From Dehalococcoidia bacterium (GTDB taxonomy: Bacteria; Chloroflexota; Dehalococcoidia; Lucifugimonadales; UBA3495): 63,160 nt of DNA. Shown here one piece after another: positions 9,292-19,728 of the stretch; position 1 is the first letter of the stretch, and every line of letters starts with the position of its first letter. The position numbers and the translations under genes are program-made. Below the pieces are notes generated by a model that was not told where the DNA came from, did no database searches, and was given only the letters and a program-made list of their open reading frames with translations. The stretch is taken from positions 1 to 63,160 of the forward strand of contig JASLXV010000095.1 of NCBI GenBank assembly GCA_030740155.1, given 5' to 3'.

Positions 9292-12200
9292 ATGACAATG
9301 GGCAGAAAAGGTGTCAGTTCCACGGGCCGCGGGAACCTTCTCGCTACAGCTCAATCGTCCCTCGCCGGTGGCGAAGCTCCTGTAGCGTTCAGCTCTGGCA
9401 CAGTTGGCAACAGCGGTGTCCTGCCGGAAGGGGTGGCGGTGATCCAGCAGATCGCCTTGATTGTCGCCTCCACCCTGGATATCGACCAGGTGTACGAGAG
9501 GTTTGCCGCGGAAGTGAAGAAGCTGCTGGACTTCGACCGGATCTCCGTAAGCGTTGTAGACCGTCATGCCGGTACTTTCACCACCGCGTACCTGTTCGGA
9601 ATCCACTGGGCAGGACGGGAAGTCGGTACCGTCGTGCCCCTGGCAGGGACTTTGACAGAGAGGACGCTGCAGACGGGACAGCCTTGCCTGCGGCAGGACT
9701 TCCGCAACGGGGAGAGCTTCTTCGGGGACGAGGTTCGTCTCAAGGCCGGCATGCGTTCCTCGCTCATGGTGCCCCTGAGGAGCGAGAGCGGAATTGTGGG
9801 CACCCTCCAGGTACTCAGCCGCCGAGTGGGCGCCTTTGGCCCCCCGGAGCAGGCCATTTTGGAACAGTTGGCGGACCAGATAGCTCCGGCCGTGGAGAAC
9901 GCGCGACTGTACGAGTCCCTGCAAGAAACACACCACGAACTGGAATCACGGGTCGAGGCCGGCACGCGGGAGAACGCTCTCTTAAGCGAAGAACTCAGGG
10001 TTGGCACCGAAGAGAAGACGGTCATAGGTGAGGTGGCGCGTATCGTCACCTCCACCCTGGATATCGACCAGGTGTACGAGAGATTTGCCGCCGAAGTCAA
10101 GAAGCTGGTGGACTTCGACCGGCTGACCGTCACCACCATCGACCGTGAGGCCCGGACCTTCAGTCCAACGTACGCGTCAGGTGTCAAAGTCGAAGGACGC
10201 GAATTGGGAAAAGTGGTGCCCCTCGCCGGGACGGTGGTAGAGCAGATGCTGAAAACCGGCCGGACCTTTTCGCGGGAGGATCTAAGGACCGATAATCGCT
10301 TCAAACACGACTCGGTTCGGTTCGATGCCAGGCTCCGCTCTCAAATCTTGGTGCCTCTGGTAGTTCACGGTCAGGTTCTTGGCAACATGTCGTTGACAAG
10401 CCGCCAAGCCGCCGCCTATGGGCCGCAGGAGCAGGCCTTACTGGAACTGCTGGCGGATCAGATCGCCCCGGCGGTGGAGAACGCCCGGCTCTACCAGGAG
10501 CTGCAGACCAGAACTGAAGAAAAAGCAGTAATAGATGAGGTGGCACGAGTCGTCACCTCCACCCTGGACATAGACCAGGTGTATGAGAGATTCGCCTCCG
10601 AAGTGAAGAAACTGGTGGACTTCGAGCGCATCGCCATCAATATCTTCGACCGCGAAGCGGGCACTTTCAGATCCATGTACATGTCCGGGGTCCATCGGGG
10701 AGGACGGGCCGTCGACAACCTTGTCCCCTTCGAAGGGTCCAAGGGCCAACTGGTGATGAAGACGGGCCATTCCCTTCTGAGGCCAGACATCCAGGCTGAG
10801 AGGACCCTATCAGCTGACCCGGACCGCCTCCAGGCAGGTCTGCGTTCGGACCTCACCGTGCCCCTGTTCAGCAAGGGGGCCATCATAGGCGTAATGGGAG
10901 TGCACGGCTGCAAAGCCGGTACCTACGGACCCAAGGATCAAGCCATTCTGGAACGTCTGGCGCACCAGATAGCTCCGGCCGTGGAAAACGCTCGATTGCA
11001 TCAAGAACTCAGAGCCAGTACCGAACAGCAGGCCGTCATCGACGAGCTGGCGCGTATCGTCACCTCCACTCTGGACATCGATCAGGTGTATGAGAAGTTC
11101 GCCACCGAAGTGAAGAGGCTGGTGGACTTCGACCGGTTGGTCATCAACGCGATCGACCTCGAATCCAAAACCATCCAGCAAACGAACTCATTCGGCATCT
11201 CATATGAGAACCAAACTAGCAAGAGGACGGTGCCTCTTGAGGGAACTACCACGCATCGGGTGCTGCAAACCGGCCAGCCTTTCTTCTGGGAGGATACTGG
11301 GTCCGGCGACGAATTCTCGAACTCCCGAGCCCGTATGAAGGCCGGCATTCGGGGCAGCATGACGGTGCCGTTGTTTAGCAAGGGGCGAATCCATGGCACC
11401 CTCAACGTCCTCAGCTGCCGGCTCGGGGCCTATGGACCCAAAGCGCAGGCCATTCTGGAGCGTTTGGCGGACCAGATCGCTCCGGCGGTGGAGAACTCCC
11501 GGTTGTATGCGGACCTCCAAAAAGCTCACGATGAACTGGAATCACGGGTCGAGGCCCGCACGGCGGAGAACGACAAGTTGTACCGGGAACTCGAAGCCAG
11601 CACCAGAGAGAGGGCGGGGGTGGACAAGGTGGCGCGCATCGTAACCTCGACCCTGGACATCGATGAGGTGTACGAGAAGTTCGCCACCGAGGTGAAGAGG
11701 CTGGTGGACTTCGACCGGCTGGTCCTCAACTCCGTAGGGCAGGAAGCCAACAACATGGAGCAGACCTGCTGGTCCGGAGTAGCCTATGATGGCCATATCG
11801 CCCGAGAGATTGGGTCCATTGCAGGAAGCCTAATTCAACCGGCGCCGAAGACGGGTTGGCCCTTCCCAGGGGAGGACGTCCAAACCGGCCGCCCGCTCTC
11901 GTCTGATTCGGCCCCGCCCAACTTGGATATTCGTTGCCGCCTCGCGGCGCCGCTGCTCAGCAAAGGCCGGATTACGGGCACCCTAGCGGTACACTCGCAA
12001 CGCGTTGCGGCCTACGGCCCCCGAGATTAGGCTATCCTGGATCGGCTGGCCGACCAGATCGCTCCGGCGGTGGAGAACGCCCGGCTCTATGAGTCACTCC
12101 GGGCCAGCACCGAACAGCAGGCCGTTGTCGATGAGATTGCCATGATTATCACCTCAACCCTGGATATCGATGAGGTGTACGAAAAGTTCGCCGCCGAAGT

Positions 12201-13806
12201 GAGGGAGTTGCTGGACTTCGACCGGATTGGCATCAGCATCCTAGACCGGGAGGCCGGCACCTTCAGCCCCACGTACGTCTCGGGGGTCCAATATGCAGGG
12301 CGCGAAATCCACGCTGTCGTTCCCATTGAAGGGACGCTGGTGGAGCGGCTATTGCGGAGAGGCACCGCTATCATGCGTGACGATATCCGCTCAGCGGATA
12401 TCTTCTCGGGGGACCCGGCTCGGATCGGGGCCGGCCTGCGTTCCGAACTAATGGTGCCCCTATTCTGTTCTGGCCAAATTACGGGCACGCTCCACGTGTA
12501 CAGCCTTAGGGTGGGGGCCTACGGTCCCAAAGAGCAGGCCCTCCTGGAACGGCTGGCAGACCAAATCGCCCCGGCGGTGGAGAACGCCCGGCTGTATGAG
12601 GCACTCCAGGCCAGCATCGAACAGCAAGCCGTGGTGAGTGAGGTTTCCAGGATTATCACCTCTACCCTGGAGATCGACCAGGTGTACGAGAGGTTCGCCG
12701 CCGAAGTGAAGGAGTTGCTGGACTTCGACCGGATCGGCATCAGCGTCATAAACGACGAGGCCGGCACCTACATCCCAACGTATCTGTCCGGCGTGGGTGT
12801 GGCAGGACGTGAAGCCAACTCGGTTGTGTATCTGGGCGGGACGATTGTGGAGCAGGTGCTGCAGACGGGCCGGCCCATTCTACGTGACGACATGCGCACT
12901 GGTGGCGACCTTCCGGGCGATCCAGCACGCGTGGAGGCGGGTCTATGTTCCTACCTTTCGGTGCCGATGGTCAGCAAGGGCCGGGTATCCGGAACGCTAG
13001 GCGTGTACAGCGCTCGCGCGGGCGCCTACGGGCCCAGAGAGGAGGCCATATTGGAACGGTTGGCGGACCAGATCGCGCCGGCCGTGGAGAATAGCCGTCT
13101 GTACGAGTCACTCCGGGCCAGTACCAAAGAAAAGGCGGTCGTAGATGAGATATCCAACATCATCACCTCCACAGTGAACATCGACCAAGTGTATGAAAAG
13201 TTCGCCGGGGAGCTGAAGAAGCTGGTGGATTTCGACCGCATCGCCATCAGCGCAATAAATGAAGAAGCCGGCACGTTCCGCCCCACGTATATCGGGGGGA
13301 TCCACTTCTCAGAGAGTGAACTCCACGCAACCTTTCTCCTCGAAGGGACGATGGTGGAGCGGATACTGCGGACGGGCACGCCCTTCATGCGGGAAGATAT
13401 TAACTCCGAGGATGGCATCCCGGGAGACCCGGCCCGAATCAGGGCTGGCCTGCGCTCCGAACTCATGGTGCCGCTGTACTGCAAAGGCCAAATTACGGGC
13501 ACCCTCCGCGTTTACAGCTCCGGAGTGAGGGCCTACGGGTTAAAAGAGCAGGCCATCTTGGAGCGGCTGGCAAACCAGATCGGCCCGGTGGTGGAGAACG
13601 CCCGCCTGGATGAGTTACTCCGGGCCAGTACCGGACAGCGGGCCGTGGTCCAAGAGATTGCCAGGATCATAACCTCCACCCTGGATATCGACCAGGTGTA
13701 CGACAGGTTCGCCGGTGAGGTGAAGGAAATACTTGACCGTCAGCGGCAATGGGACTCGAACGAGGACAAAGGAAGCCGAGGGTCCGATGGTGGCGGGAGT
13801 TCTTGA
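9292..13806 (+). pseudogene. Tandem GAF-domain protein (8 complete + 1 truncated GAF), interrupted by in-frame TAG at 12028-12030; no output domain
   Basis: Repeated STLDIDQVYERFAxEVKKLVDFDR ... LADQIAPAVENARL units; ORFs 9292-12030 and 12070-13806 share one frame and the repeat continues across the stop. Confidence 0.8.
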
Positions 13807-13936
13807 CGTGAGGCTTTCGCCGGACCGGTGAGGAGCAAACACAGGCCCATACGGGGAGGAATTGAGAGGCAACAGGATCGCCGGCCGCTTCATCGCCGCG
13901 ATCAGATGTTCCGGTGGGAATCGCCTAATCGAGGTG

Positions 13937-14722
13937 CTAGGGCGTTGCTCCTGGACCCCAGGCGGCGCCGAACTGGGCCCGCTGGACTACTTGGCCGGTG
14001 AAGGATTGGGCCGTCTGCCCGGCCAGCCAGACCGCCGAGGGGATGATCTCTTCGGGAGGCGCCATCGGGATATGCTCTGTGCCCGGCCAATCCCCGTGGC
14101 GGTTCATCCAGGTGTCCACCCTTCCCGGACCCAGGACGTTGACCGCGATGTTGTGGGGGCGTACTTCCTCGGCCAAGCTCAGAAACATTCTCTCCAGGGC
14201 CGCTTTGCTCATGGAGTAGCCCACCCGTCCCTGGCGATAGACCTGGGCCGACCCGGAGGTGATGCAAAACATGGAGCCGCCGGAGCCCTGGGCGATCATG
14301 GGGGACAACGCGTACTTGCACAGGAGCAGTGGCCCCCGGACGTTCACCGCTAGACACCGGTCCAGGAGGCCGATGTCCAGGTCCACCACCGGCGATTCGC
14401 AGTCGACGCCTGCGTTGGCCACGACGATGTCTAGCCGGCCGAAGCGCTCCAGGGTGGCGTCCACTAGCCGGCGCAGGTCGTCCGCCTCGGTGACATCGCA
14501 CCGGACAGGCAGGGCGGCTCCGCCGGCCTTGAGAATGCGCCGCGCGGTGTCGCCGATGGTCCCGGAGCCGAATTTCTCGAAGGGGCTACCCGCCGAGGTG
14601 TCCGCCTCAGTGCGGGCGGCCACCACCACCTTGGCGCCGCGGGCGCCCAAGCCGAGGCAGACAGCCCGGCCGATACCCCGGCTGCCCCCGGTGACGATGG
14701 CTACTTTGCCGTCTAGTCTCAT
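13937..14722 (-). CDS. SDR family NAD(P)-dependent oxidoreductase
   Basis: TGGSRGIG, ANAG, YSMSK catalytic motif. Confidence 0.93.
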   Translation of the reverse strand: MRLDGKVAIVTGGSRGIGRAVCLGLGARGAKVVVAARTEADTSAGSPFEKFGSGTIGDTARRILKAGGAALPVRCDVTEADDLRRLVDATLERFGRLDIVVANAGVDCESPVVDLDIGLLDRCLAVNVRGPLLLCKYALSPMIAQGSGGSMFCITSGSAQVYRQGRVGYSMSKAALERMFLSLAEEVRPHNIAVNVLGPGRVDTWMNRHGDWPGTEHIPMAPPEEIIPSAVWLAGQTAQSFTGQVVQRAQFGAAWGPGATP

Positions 14723-14773
14723 CTTCGGAGCAATCAGCAGTCAGCTATCAGCCTTCCCGTTCCCGGGTCCGGC

Positions 14774-15205
14774 TTAGCGGGCCGGACGGAACTTGGGCAG
14801 GCTGATCTTCTCGTTCAGGTCGTCGAAAACCACTTCAAGGGCCATGCCCACCTTGATGCTCTCGGGATCGGGCTCCACCTCCACCAGGTTGGTGGGCATG
14901 CGGGCGCCTTCCTCCAGCTCGACGATGGCGCAGACGTAAGGGGCGCGGTCGCGGAAAGCGGCGGTGGGTCCCCGGTGGGCTATGCAAAAGGTGTGCAAGG
15001 TGCCCCGGCCGCTGCTGTGTATCCAGTCGGTATCCCTGGAAAAGCACTCGGGGCAGATGTCCCTGGGGTAGAAGTAGGCGGTGTCACAGGCCTTGCAATG
15101 GCGCAGCCACAGCTCGTGGGCCTTGCATTTCTCCCAGTAGAAATCCGACTCCGGCTGGGGTACCGGCGGTGGTATTGGCGGCAGTTCCTGGGCTTGCTGG
15201 GTCAT
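14774..15205 (-). CDS. Zn-ribbon/OB-fold (DUF35) protein
   Basis: CKAC...YPRDICPEC, SSGRGT, ELEEGARM, PKFRP. Confidence 0.9.
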   Translation of the reverse strand: MTQQAQELPPIPPPVPQPESDFYWEKCKAHELWLRHCKACDTAYFYPRDICPECFSRDTDWIHSSGRGTLHTFCIAHRGPTAAFRDRAPYVCAIVELEEGARMPTNLVEVEPDPESIKVGMALEVVFDDLNEKISLPKFRPAR

Positions 15206-15357
15206 GTTCCGATCTCCTGTGCTTCTGAATAAGCTCAGAGCACCTAGAGGATAGGGACAAAAGGAACCGCCGTCAAGGTTTCACCGGGCCCGGCCGCGGG
15301 TGGGCCGGGGCGACGTGCGCCGGCGGCGGTTGCGTCCCTCCCGGCCATAGGTTAATG

Positions 15358-15444
15358 TGAGGGACACCAAAAAGACTGGCGGTATTCGGCTGGAGGGTTG
15401 CTATTTATGCATGTTGCGGTCATGGGCGCCGGCGGCGTGGGAGG
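15358..15444 (+). repeat. 87-bp direct repeat, copy 1: orphan duplicate of the panE 5' leader and first ~13 codons
   Basis: Matches 16004-16090 with 5 mismatches; encodes MHVAVMGAGGVGG then diverges (stop at 15479-15481). Confidence 0.92.
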
Positions 15445-15544
15445 TCAGCACATCTTCCCCATGCCTCAGTATGAGGAGTAGAGTAGAGATGCAGCACCTC
15501 TTCGCGGGCGCATCAATTGCCACCGAGTTTTGAAGGACAACGAG

Positions 15545-15763
15545 ATGAAGAACGAATTCACCGCCGTGCTTGAGCCGGCCGAGGAAGGCGGCTATTTCGC
15601 CTATTGCCCAGAGGTACCCGAAGCCAACGGACAAGGCGAAACGAGGGAAGAGACATTGGATAACCTTCGAGATGCGATCTCTCTGGTCCTCGAAGACCGG
15701 CGTGAGCAAGGGCTGCGAGGGATTCCAGCCGACGCGGATACGACTGTCCTGACCGTCGGATGA
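15545..15763 (+). CDS. hicB: Type II TA system HicB-family antitoxin (short form)
   Basis: FTAVLEPAEEGGYFAYCPEVPEANGQGETREETLDNLRDAISL. Confidence 0.9.
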   Translation: MKNEFTAVLEPAEEGGYFAYCPEVPEANGQGETREETLDNLRDAISLVLEDRREQGLRGIPADADTTVLTVG

Positions 15764-15951
15764 AGCGGTCGGCACTCATTCGCCACCTTCGGCGTCACGG
15801 ATGTCAGATGGTCAGGGAAGGCCGTTCCCACTCGATTTGGATCAACACAGGTAACGGACGGAGGCAGACCATCCCTCGCCATGCTGAGATTAAGAACCAA
15901 CTTGCGCGTCGCATCTGTCGACAACTTGGCCTGCCTGAGATCGGCAAATAG
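15760..15951 (+). CDS. hicA: Type II TA system HicA-family toxin
   Basis: MKRSALIRHL...REGRSHSIW...IPRHAEI...ICRQLG; ATGA overlap with hicB. Confidence 0.9.
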   Translation: MKRSALIRHLRRHGCQMVREGRSHSIWINTGNGRRQTIPRHAEIKNQLARRICRQLGLPEIGK

Positions 15952-16003
15952 GGCTCCGTGTACGGCTAACAGGCGGTTTCAACGGGCGGCCTTCGCCCGT
16001 CAT

Positions 16004-16090
16004 TGAGGGACACCAAAAAGACTGGTGGTATTCGGCTGGAGGGTTGCTATTTATGCGGGTTGCAGTCATGGGCGCCGGCGGCGTGGGCGG
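16004..16090 (+). repeat. 87-bp direct repeat, copy 2: functional panE 5' end
   Basis: Pairs with 15358-15444; preceded by a GC hairpin ACGGGCGGCCTTCGCCCGT. Confidence 0.92.
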
Positions 16091-16970
16091 CTACTTCGGG
16101 GGCATGCTGTCTCGGGGGGGCAACCAGGTGACGATGATCGCCCGGGGGCCTCATTTGCGCGCCATCTCCGCCCACGGGCTCACGCTCATCACGGACCAGG
16201 AGCGGCTCACCATCGCCTGCGCCGCGACCGACGATCCCAGCCAGGTGGGGCCTGTGGACCTGGTGCTGCTCGCGGTGAAAACCTACCACAACGAGCAGGC
16301 CATCACCGCGATGCTGCCGATGGTCAGACCGGACACCGTGGTCCTCTGTCTGCAGAACGGCATCGACAGCTACCAGGCTGCCGTCGCCGCCGTGGGGCCG
16401 GAGAAGGTGCTGCCTGGCGCCGCGTATATCGAAGCCAGAATCCAGGAGCCGGGCGTGGTGAAGCAGACGGGAAAGGTGGTCCGCATCGTTTTCGGGGAGC
16501 TGGACGGCAGCGAATCGGAGCGGGGTGAGCTGATCTTGCGGACCCTGGAACAGGCCGGCATCGCCACCCAATTCGTCCCTGATATCCACAAGACCCTGTG
16601 GACCAAGTTCCTATTCATCGCCACCGTGGCCGGCGTGACCAGCATGTCGCGGGAGACGATGGCCGAGATGGCGTCGCGTCCCGAGTGGCGCCCGGTGATC
16701 CTCGGTTGCATGGCGGAGATCGAGGCAGTGGGCCGGGCTAGCGGAATCGACCTGGACCCCGGGATAGTGGAGCGCACCATGGACTACGTCGAGGCCAATC
16801 TAGTGCAGATGCACGCCTCGATGCACGCCGACATCATGGCGGGACGTCCCCTGGAGATCGAGGCGCTCAACGGCGCGGCAATCCGGGCCGGCAAGGCGGC
16901 CGGGGTGCCCACGCCCATTAACGACACCATCTACGCTATGCTCAAGCCCTTCGAAAAAGGGAAGTCTTGA
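16053..16970 (+). CDS. panE: 2-dehydropantoate 2-reductase (ketopantoate reductase family)
   Basis: MRVAVMGAGGVGGYFG, LQNG, LWTKF, SMHAD...GRPLEIEALNG. Confidence 0.9.
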   Translation: MRVAVMGAGGVGGYFGGMLSRGGNQVTMIARGPHLRAISAHGLTLITDQERLTIACAATDDPSQVGPVDLVLLAVKTYHNEQAITAMLPMVRPDTVVLCLQNGIDSYQAAVAAVGPEKVLPGAAYIEARIQEPGVVKQTGKVVRIVFGELDGSESERGELILRTLEQAGIATQFVPDIHKTLWTKFLFIATVAGVTSMSRETMAEMASRPEWRPVILGCMAEIEAVGRASGIDLDPGIVERTMDYVEANLVQMHASMHADIMAGRPLEIEALNGAAIRAGKAAGVPTPINDTIYAMLKPFEKGKS

Positions 16971-17055
16971 GCGGGGGACAAGTGCGGTTCAAGGCGGACC
17001 GCGCCGGCGGGACTTGCTCCGCTCCGGCGCCGTCCGGAAAGGAGGCAGCGATAAC

Positions 17056-17508
17056 ATGGATGCTACCGGAGTTTCCCACATCGCGATATGCGTGCGCGAC
17101 CTGGATAAATCCCTGGCGTTCTACCGCGACATTCTGGGTATGAGGGTAACCTTTGACGAGGTGCAAGACACCACCAGCGGCGGGCTCCCCAGCGTCTACA
17201 AGCACCATCGAAACACCCGCAGGACGGTTCACGTCAGGTACGGCGACGGCGACTCCACCCCTGCCCTCATCTTGACCAGCCATCCCGGCGACCAGACTGA
17301 TGGTGAGCCGATCAAATTGGACCAGATCGGCATCAGCCACTTTTCATTCTCGGTCAAAGATGTCAAAACGCTGGCCGGGGAGCTGGTCAAGAATGGAGTT
17401 CGGCTGGCGGCCCCCATGGAGGCTTTCACCAACACCCAGGGCGGAGTCAGCAGCATCTTCGTCTACGATCCCGACGGCATTCTGGTCCAGATCGACGGCC
17501 ACGGCTGA
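17056..17508 (+). CDS. VOC/glyoxalase family protein
   Basis: SHIAICVRDLDKSLAFYRDILG, GISHFSFSV, YDPDGILVQI. Confidence 0.9.
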   Translation: MDATGVSHIAICVRDLDKSLAFYRDILGMRVTFDEVQDTTSGGLPSVYKHHRNTRRTVHVRYGDGDSTPALILTSHPGDQTDGEPIKLDQIGISHFSFSVKDVKTLAGELVKNGVRLAAPMEAFTNTQGGVSSIFVYDPDGILVQIDGHG

Positions 17509-17645
17509 GGCTGGCGGACGTTTCAGCGGCCGGGAGGCTGGCGGCCTTTCGGCGTCGGCCTTGACCCCCTCGGTACGAGCCGGTAGATGGAGCTCCGCGA
17601 AAGCAGGAGGCGGACCCTCCGGCCTGCCCCGGCTTCTTCCGCGGC

Positions 17646-18437
17646 CTATCCAAGGACCCCGGCGGCCATGAGCGCGCCCCAGGCGAATAGCAGCACCCCG
17701 GTCCCCCGGCCGACCTGGCGGCCCCCCGAAGCGGCCTTCTCCAATAGGACGAACCCGGCGAGGGCGGCGATCCACAGCAGGTTCATTACCCCCAGGACGA
17801 ACAGCAGGCCCATCAGTATCCAGCAGCAGCCCACGCAGTAAATGCCGTGGCGCAGCCCCATCCTCAGGGCGCCCCCGGTCCCCTCCCGCCAGTCGCTCAG
17901 GAGAAAACTCAGAGGTGAGCGGCAACGGGTCAGGCAAATGGACTTCAAAGTGCTCCACTGGAAGATCCCCGCCGTCATGAGAAGGGCTCCGCCCAGGTAG
18001 GCGCTGGTGCTTCCTCCCATCATGGAGGACAGCAGGGAGTTGGTGTGGAGGCCCCAATTGGCCAGGGTGGCCGCGGCGGCGAACCCGCACCAGACCAAAA
18101 CATACCCCGAAAGAAACACCCCTGTGGGAACGTAGGGGCGCTGTTGCTCGCGGCGCCTGCGGTTGACCGTGGCGAACAGGAGGACCATGGGGGCGGCGGA
18201 AGGCACCATCATCGCCGTCATCATCACCGCCCACATGAGGAACATCAGGCCGAAATCCGCGATGCTCCAGGACTGCAACTGGGCCATAGTCATATCCAGG
18301 CTGCTGCCCTGGGCCAGGTAGACCGTGTACGCCCAAGCCAGTGCGGAGACTGCCACGACGCCGGCCAGCACCACCGCCCGGTCACGTTTGAGGATCGCCT
18401 CTATGGGTGTTTCTGCTTGAGGGGTTATCGCTTGCAT
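17646..18437 (-). CDS. DUF2182 family predicted metal-binding integral membrane protein
   Basis: MWAVMMTAMMVPS, CLTRCRSP, YCVGCCW, GVMNLLW, LLEK. Confidence 0.88.
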   Translation of the reverse strand: MQAITPQAETPIEAILKRDRAVVLAGVVAVSALAWAYTVYLAQGSSLDMTMAQLQSWSIADFGLMFLMWAVMMTAMMVPSAAPMVLLFATVNRRRREQQRPYVPTGVFLSGYVLVWCGFAAAATLANWGLHTNSLLSSMMGGSTSAYLGGALLMTAGIFQWSTLKSICLTRCRSPLSFLLSDWREGTGGALRMGLRHGIYCVGCCWILMGLLFVLGVMNLLWIAALAGFVLLEKAASGGRQVGRGTGVLLFAWGALMAAGVLG

Positions 18438-18527
18438 CGATCTTCCCCGCGATGGCCCCCACCAGGGCACGGAGGGGCCAGGCGGAAATCCGCCTGGAGG
18501 CCCCCGCCCCAGGTTCGAGCCACGCGG

Positions 18528-19154
18528 CTACTTCTGATTGGTCCAGTCGAAAGCGGAAATGAAAGCGCTCTGCCCCGGATGCTCGAACTTAACAGCGCCG
18601 TGGTCGATCCGCATGGTCTTGGTGGTGGCGGTGTCGCCAACGTCCCAAATGAGGCCGCCCTTGGGGAAGACAATGTGCACCTCGTTGTCATCCCCGGTGA
18701 CCGGGTTCTTGAGAGGAGTCAAGCTCGCCTCAAGGACGCCTGGGATTCGGAAGCTGGAATTTCGGCCGTCCACGTTCATCTCGATGGGTTTGAGGACCGG
18801 TCCCTCGACGGAAGACAGGGTGGTGGCCAGAAGTTCCCAGGGCATTCCGCCGGCTTGTCCCGTGAGGATGGTCGCTACGCCCGTCACCTGTTCCGGACTG
18901 GTCCCTTCGTCCACGAAGAGGACCCCCACTCCGTTGCCTTCATGGATCGCCTTCGGCCAGTTCACGGCCACTACGGCCCGCACCCCTGCCATGTCCACGC
19001 TGCCGAAATTGCCTTCCGAGACCGCTATCCCAATGATTGCCTGGCATGAACCGTGGTCCGGGAAGCCGCCGAAGTTGCAATTGCAACCTGCTTCGCAGTT
19101 GCAGGTCTCCAGCCAGTTGCCTTGTAGCCGGTAAGGTGTATGTGCTTGTGTCAT
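18528..19154 (-). CDS. DUF1326 family protein
   Basis: ETCNCEAGCNCNF...GSC Cys cluster; AGGAGG RBS before ATG 19154; adjacent to DUF2182. Confidence 0.85.
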   Translation of the reverse strand: MTQAHTPYRLQGNWLETCNCEAGCNCNFGGFPDHGSCQAIIGIAVSEGNFGSVDMAGVRAVVAVNWPKAIHEGNGVGVLFVDEGTSPEQVTGVATILTGQAGGMPWELLATTLSSVEGPVLKPIEMNVDGRNSSFRIPGVLEASLTPLKNPVTGDDNEVHIVFPKGGLIWDVGDTATTKTMRIDHGAVKFEHPGQSAFISAFDWTNQK

Positions 19155-19261
19155 GGAGATTCCCTCCTTCTTGAACTTGTTCTGATTACTTCCCATGGGC
19201 GGTCGAGAGTACCGTTTTCCGCGGCGGCCAGGGTCTGTGAAGCCAGCGCGGTGACCACCTT

Positions 19262-19307
19262 GTACCGCGTACCGCGCGATCCAGGTACCGCGTACCGCGC
19301 GATCCAG
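19262..19307. repeat. Exact 23-bp tandem duplication in the DUF1326 leader
   Basis: GTACCGCGTACCGCGCGATCCAG x2. Confidence 0.9.
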
Positions 19308-19393
19308 ACCTTGCTCCGTTCCTCCCACCGACCAGCCCCCGCTGGAAGGTCCCTTCCGAGGCAGACCGTGAGCCCGCAATGGACCCGGAGAAA

Positions 19394-19548
19394 ATTGATT
19401 ATATCGCACCTATTACTGGGTGTCTAGCATGTATGCAAATGAGTATCTGAAAGACTGAGCAGGATCAATGCCCAGTAGATTCACCGGTGGCACTTGCCTG
19501 GAGGCACGGGAAAGATTGATTATATCGCACATGATAGTCGGTGTCTAG
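19394..19548 (-). promoter_or_regulatory. Two tandem sigma70-type promoters (TAGACA-N17-TATAAT) pointing to DUF1326/DUF2182
   Basis: 34-bp direct repeats at 19394-19427 and 19515-19548; both read TAGACA-17 nt-TATAAT on the minus strand. Confidence 0.75.
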
Positions 19549-19728
19549 TAGATATTCCGACGGTTTACGCCGAGTAGAGCAATGTGTTATTAAGTAGATG
19601 CGGATTATTGTGGATGTATTCCGCAAAAGAGCAGGTTTCGATTGGAAAGGTGCTGAATGCGATGACACGCGTTGACCGCCTACCGGCCTGAAGTTAACAT
19701 GGGTGGAAGAGCTTGTTCGAAGGTTTAG

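Noticed and set aside
19262..19548. Mini CRISPR array
   Set aside because: Only two copies of each repeat, no regular spacers and no cas genes; better explained as tandem promoters plus a local duplication.
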